Positions 50,886-64,000 of a DNA stretch of 64,000 nt are shown piece by piece. The DNA comes from Lingula anatina. Its lineage: Eukaryota; Animalia; Brachiopoda. The position numbers and the translations under genes are program-made. Numbering within the stretch: the stretch's first letter is position 1; each line of letters opens with the position of its first letter. The notes beneath the pieces were generated by a model. It saw nothing but the letters and a program-made list of their open reading frames with translations, ran no database searches and was not told where the DNA came from. The stretch is taken from positions 14,632,001 to 14,696,000 of the forward strand of contig CM120649.1 of NCBI GenBank assembly GCA_051362555.1. The letters are read 5' to 3'.

Positions 50886-52677
50886 ATAAAAAGGCGTTTT
50901 TGAATAGTACTTCCGAGAGAATTAATAAGCTTACAATCACTTTTATAGCATCTTTCAAAATATCTGTATAGCAGTGTGTTGCAATCAATTCTTCATGCTA
51001 CTGTAAATAAGGCATCCGTCTTATCCCAAAAGTTTGCAAAAATCAAGCAAAAACCACTTGTTTATCATACGAGGTCATTAGACGTCTTCGTCTTTTCAAA
51101 GCATATTAGGAACATGTATGTCTAAAATGTCGAAATAATTTGAAGTCCTCTTATTTGGCGTGGAAGCCATAAACGAATCGTCAAAAAAAAAAGGTACGGC
51201 TCAGTAATTTATTGTACATTCTGCAAATAGCCTAGCTCATTATTTGATCCACACCGTCCAAAATAACGTTTTTCAAAAGACGATCAACAGATGTTTTAAT
51301 AAGGTTTGGATTGACGTTATACCGGTGTTAATTGTACATGTGAAGCGTCCGCGGGATCACAGGATGTCAAATACAAGACTTGCTAGCCCAATTTTGCACA
51401 AATAGAATTAATTGGAGTATTTTGCATGGTGTGACATGCAAGCCTCCTGGTGACTGTGAAGACGTATATTCAAGTGCTTTGTTTTGCTGTAGAAGAGAAG
51501 GTTAAGCAAGTACAATATGTTTTCAGCATTTTATGGATGGTTAAAGCGAACTTTGCTCGGGCTTCAATATAATAGGCTATTTTCTAGAAATTCTAGAAAG
51601 TAAATATTCATTTGTTTTTCACTATATCATCTATTTTCTCATTTATTTATCCTTTTTATTTATCGGTTCATCTATTCACCCCCAGCGATTTTTGCATATC
51701 AATTCACTCATCTATTCATCCATCTATTCATATCCTTTTATTTATTAGCAGCCTGTTTTCTTTACAATGTATCATGCACCGATCTGTTATTAACCTTGGT
51801 CAATAAGCATTCTTAATTACGGCCATAGAGAATGTGTTATTGTCCGTATTTCTATACTGTTCCTCGTCTTTGTTCAGATCTTTTAATACACACATCAGCA
51901 ATCATGGACAAAAGGCTGCTTGGAGTTAATGAAAGGTCATTAGATAGCTGCTAGTTACAGGGCCTTTTGGCAATTCGTTAAATAAGCTGATATCTGCTTG
52001 TTTCCTCTAAAACCATTATACCGTATTAATATTTTTGAATTTTTTTATGATTGGTTTCTAGCATGTTGACTTTTTTGAAACAGCTTTAACATTTAAGTTA
52101 TAAACTGTCCCATTAGTCAGTTTTTTTAAAACAGATATATGCACTGTATGTCATTACAGGCTTTGGACAGCGGAAATGGGTTTTGTAATGCACATGAATA
52201 AAATGACATTTCTGTCCTTAAATGTATATTTCAGCTCTAGTTGGTTATATTCTACCTGTATTCTTTATGTCGGTTTAATGACAATTTAATTTTCAAAAGC
52301 AGTAAAACCTATCGTGCATGTTTCTCTATATCCACGAATATTGACGGTCTCACACAAAAGAGATCAACGTTTTTACTGATGCTGGTTACGTAACACGCGA
52401 GGACATATTCGCAACTATGAATACGGTTACAATCAATACGATATATTCGTGTTCGATTCCATTTGCCTGTGGGTGTTTTCGTGCACGCAAAGACCGTGTG
52501 CTTTTTGTAGAAAAATATATCCTTTTCATTATCAAGAAAACATCTCGGAAATACCACAGTTTTACATTCCATATGTGGTTTCACTATTCTATTCATCGGG
52601 TTGTCACGAACGTCTGGCACTCTGCAAATTGCACAATTAATGAAGTAACGAGAAAGAAGAAGATATAAGGCACTCTC

Positions 52678-52800
52678 GTGCATGCGCATTGCGGTTTCCA
52701 GAAACGCTCTTTGCTTTTCCATGGCAACGAGGATAATCCCCAGGACGTAAGGCGCACAATCTCGTCCTCCTATAACTACGTCACGTCATATATAAAAAGC
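52678..52800 (+). promoter_or_regulatory. Putative core/proximal promoter of the class C GPCR
   Basis: NRF1-like GTGCATGCGCA (~52678), X-box-like TTTTCCATGGCAAC (52715-52728), CRE-like TACGTCACGTCA (~52777) and TATATAAAA (52789-52797), ~320 bp upstream of the ATG. Confidence 0.55.
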
Positions 52801-53111
52801 AGTTCACACATCCAGGTAGGCCACTTTCTAGCCGTGAAGTCGTCAACACAAAATCGAAACTGAAACGAACGCACGTAGCTATAGCTTTAGAACTTCTCAC
52901 TTAAAGCGCACGCTGTTTACACATTGACAGCGTACACTGGTTGAGCGTTCACAAACGGCAGCATGAACAACTCTTTAATTGAAATCTCCATTGAAGATGA
53001 TTGATGAATGATTATCTCCCCGCTTTTGTATATTTATTCAAAGAGAGAGAGAGATGCCGATCCAATTACCGTCGTGTTTCATTTGAAGCTCTTAACATCA
53101 CAACGGCGACG

Positions 53112-62876
<9,765 letters not shown>

Positions 62877-64000
62877 GTAGGTCCTTTTAATAGGTCCTTT
62901 TTATACTTGAAAGAAAATCCGTCTAATGCCTTTTATTAATTTAACATAGTAATTAGGGGCTCATGTCTTCAAAACAAGAAACTTAAACCCTAACAATGGC
63001 ACACCCTAGCCGTCAACCATGCTAATTTACATGATAATATATCTCTTAGTTAAAGAAACAAATCACCATCTCACACATATTTACTAAGCAGCCAAATTGA
63101 CGTTATATACCATCTTGCACTATGTTCAAAAGGAGTGGGGAAGTCCATAAAACAGGATAGAAAAAGAGTTTGTGCTCTAAAATTGTTCGTCTCATTGCAA
63201 TAATATAAAGATAAGTATTTCACGTAAAGGAACCGGAAAAAAGGTTGTTTTAACCAATTTAGACATTCATAGTGTATTGGTACCGCTTAAGTTGTTCATC
63301 TAAACTTTTAAAAGTAGCACATGTTCACTTTGACGGATTGATATGATTGCTGCATGAGAATTTACTAAAGGGGGACATAAACTCTGTACATTTGTGAAAC
63401 GTGATTCAAAATACATTTTATCCTATTTACTCTTACCTCAATGCTGGCCCAGCTCAGCCAGTTATTGTGTTAATAGTAACTAAACGGCTGCCGTTAAGTC
63501 TTACAAATGCAGCTGTCAGCCTACCCTGTGTAACATTGGCCAGCCCTGTAAACACAAAAGGTTAAGTTGGATCGACGATTTGCCTATTAGTATATTTTGC
63601 ATTTATATCGCCGTTTTTTATTGCGAATGACTTTCCTCTTGTTTATTCGCGTTCAAAGACGTTATTTTCAGTGTACTGTATTGTGTTTTTAATTCGCTGT
63701 ATTGCGCATTTTGGTATGATTGGGTAGACCCCGCGTGCCTGCCATGGTGGCATATAGCAACATTTTATTGGGGGTGTTAGAAATCTGGGTCTAGGCATGA
63801 CGTGAATTTAAATTTGGAGTGGTTCATTCTCTGCGTTTTCTTCGCTCATGTGTTTTAAGCGGGATCTTCGAGTAGGTGATAGCGAGCAGACTCCCAGGGT
63901 GCATTAAACCCTCGACGAAAGGTGTAATTTCCTTTTCTGTCCAAGAAAACCTATAAATTCCGAGGTTGGATTGGAAAAAAAGCACGGGTCATTTGCCGTT

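Noticed and set aside
52309-52722. 137-aa minus-strand ORF upstream of the GPCR
   Set aside because: Non-ATG start, no recognisable domain, overlaps promoter-like sequence.

Overview
AT-rich, intron-containing animal genomic DNA (invertebrate; lophotrochozoan or mollusc-like, by inference only). I assembled five spliced protein-coding genes by hand, with splice phases checked. (1) A 3-exon secreted VMO1-like beta-prism protein (+, 1441-3454). (2) A 22-exon kinesin-3 of the KIF28/KLP-6 type (-, 16084-5091, ~920 aa). Its first coding intron is a minor-spliceosome AT-AC (U12) intron that contains an apparent nested U2 intron, and the protein ends in a CaaX-like motif. (3) Head-to-head with the kinesin, a ~1367-aa uncharacterised protein (+, 19372-30567) with an N-terminal myristoyl/palmitoyl signal, GYGQQQG repeats, a cluster of TQT (LC8-like) motifs, EVC/EVC2-like helical repeats and a PDZ-type C-terminus. 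(4) A Na+/K+-ATPase beta subunit (-, 37737-31749). (5) The 5' two exons of an mGluR-like class C GPCR with a remodelled ligand pocket (+, 53112 to beyond 62876). Introns and intergenic DNA carry several MITE families (one nested), a 2.2-kb CACTA-like foldback element, a 5'-truncated R4/Dong-type retrotransposon in a TAA microsatellite, and many simple repeats. No tRNA, rRNA or CRISPR array was seen. Family assignments come from recalled motifs, not database searches.
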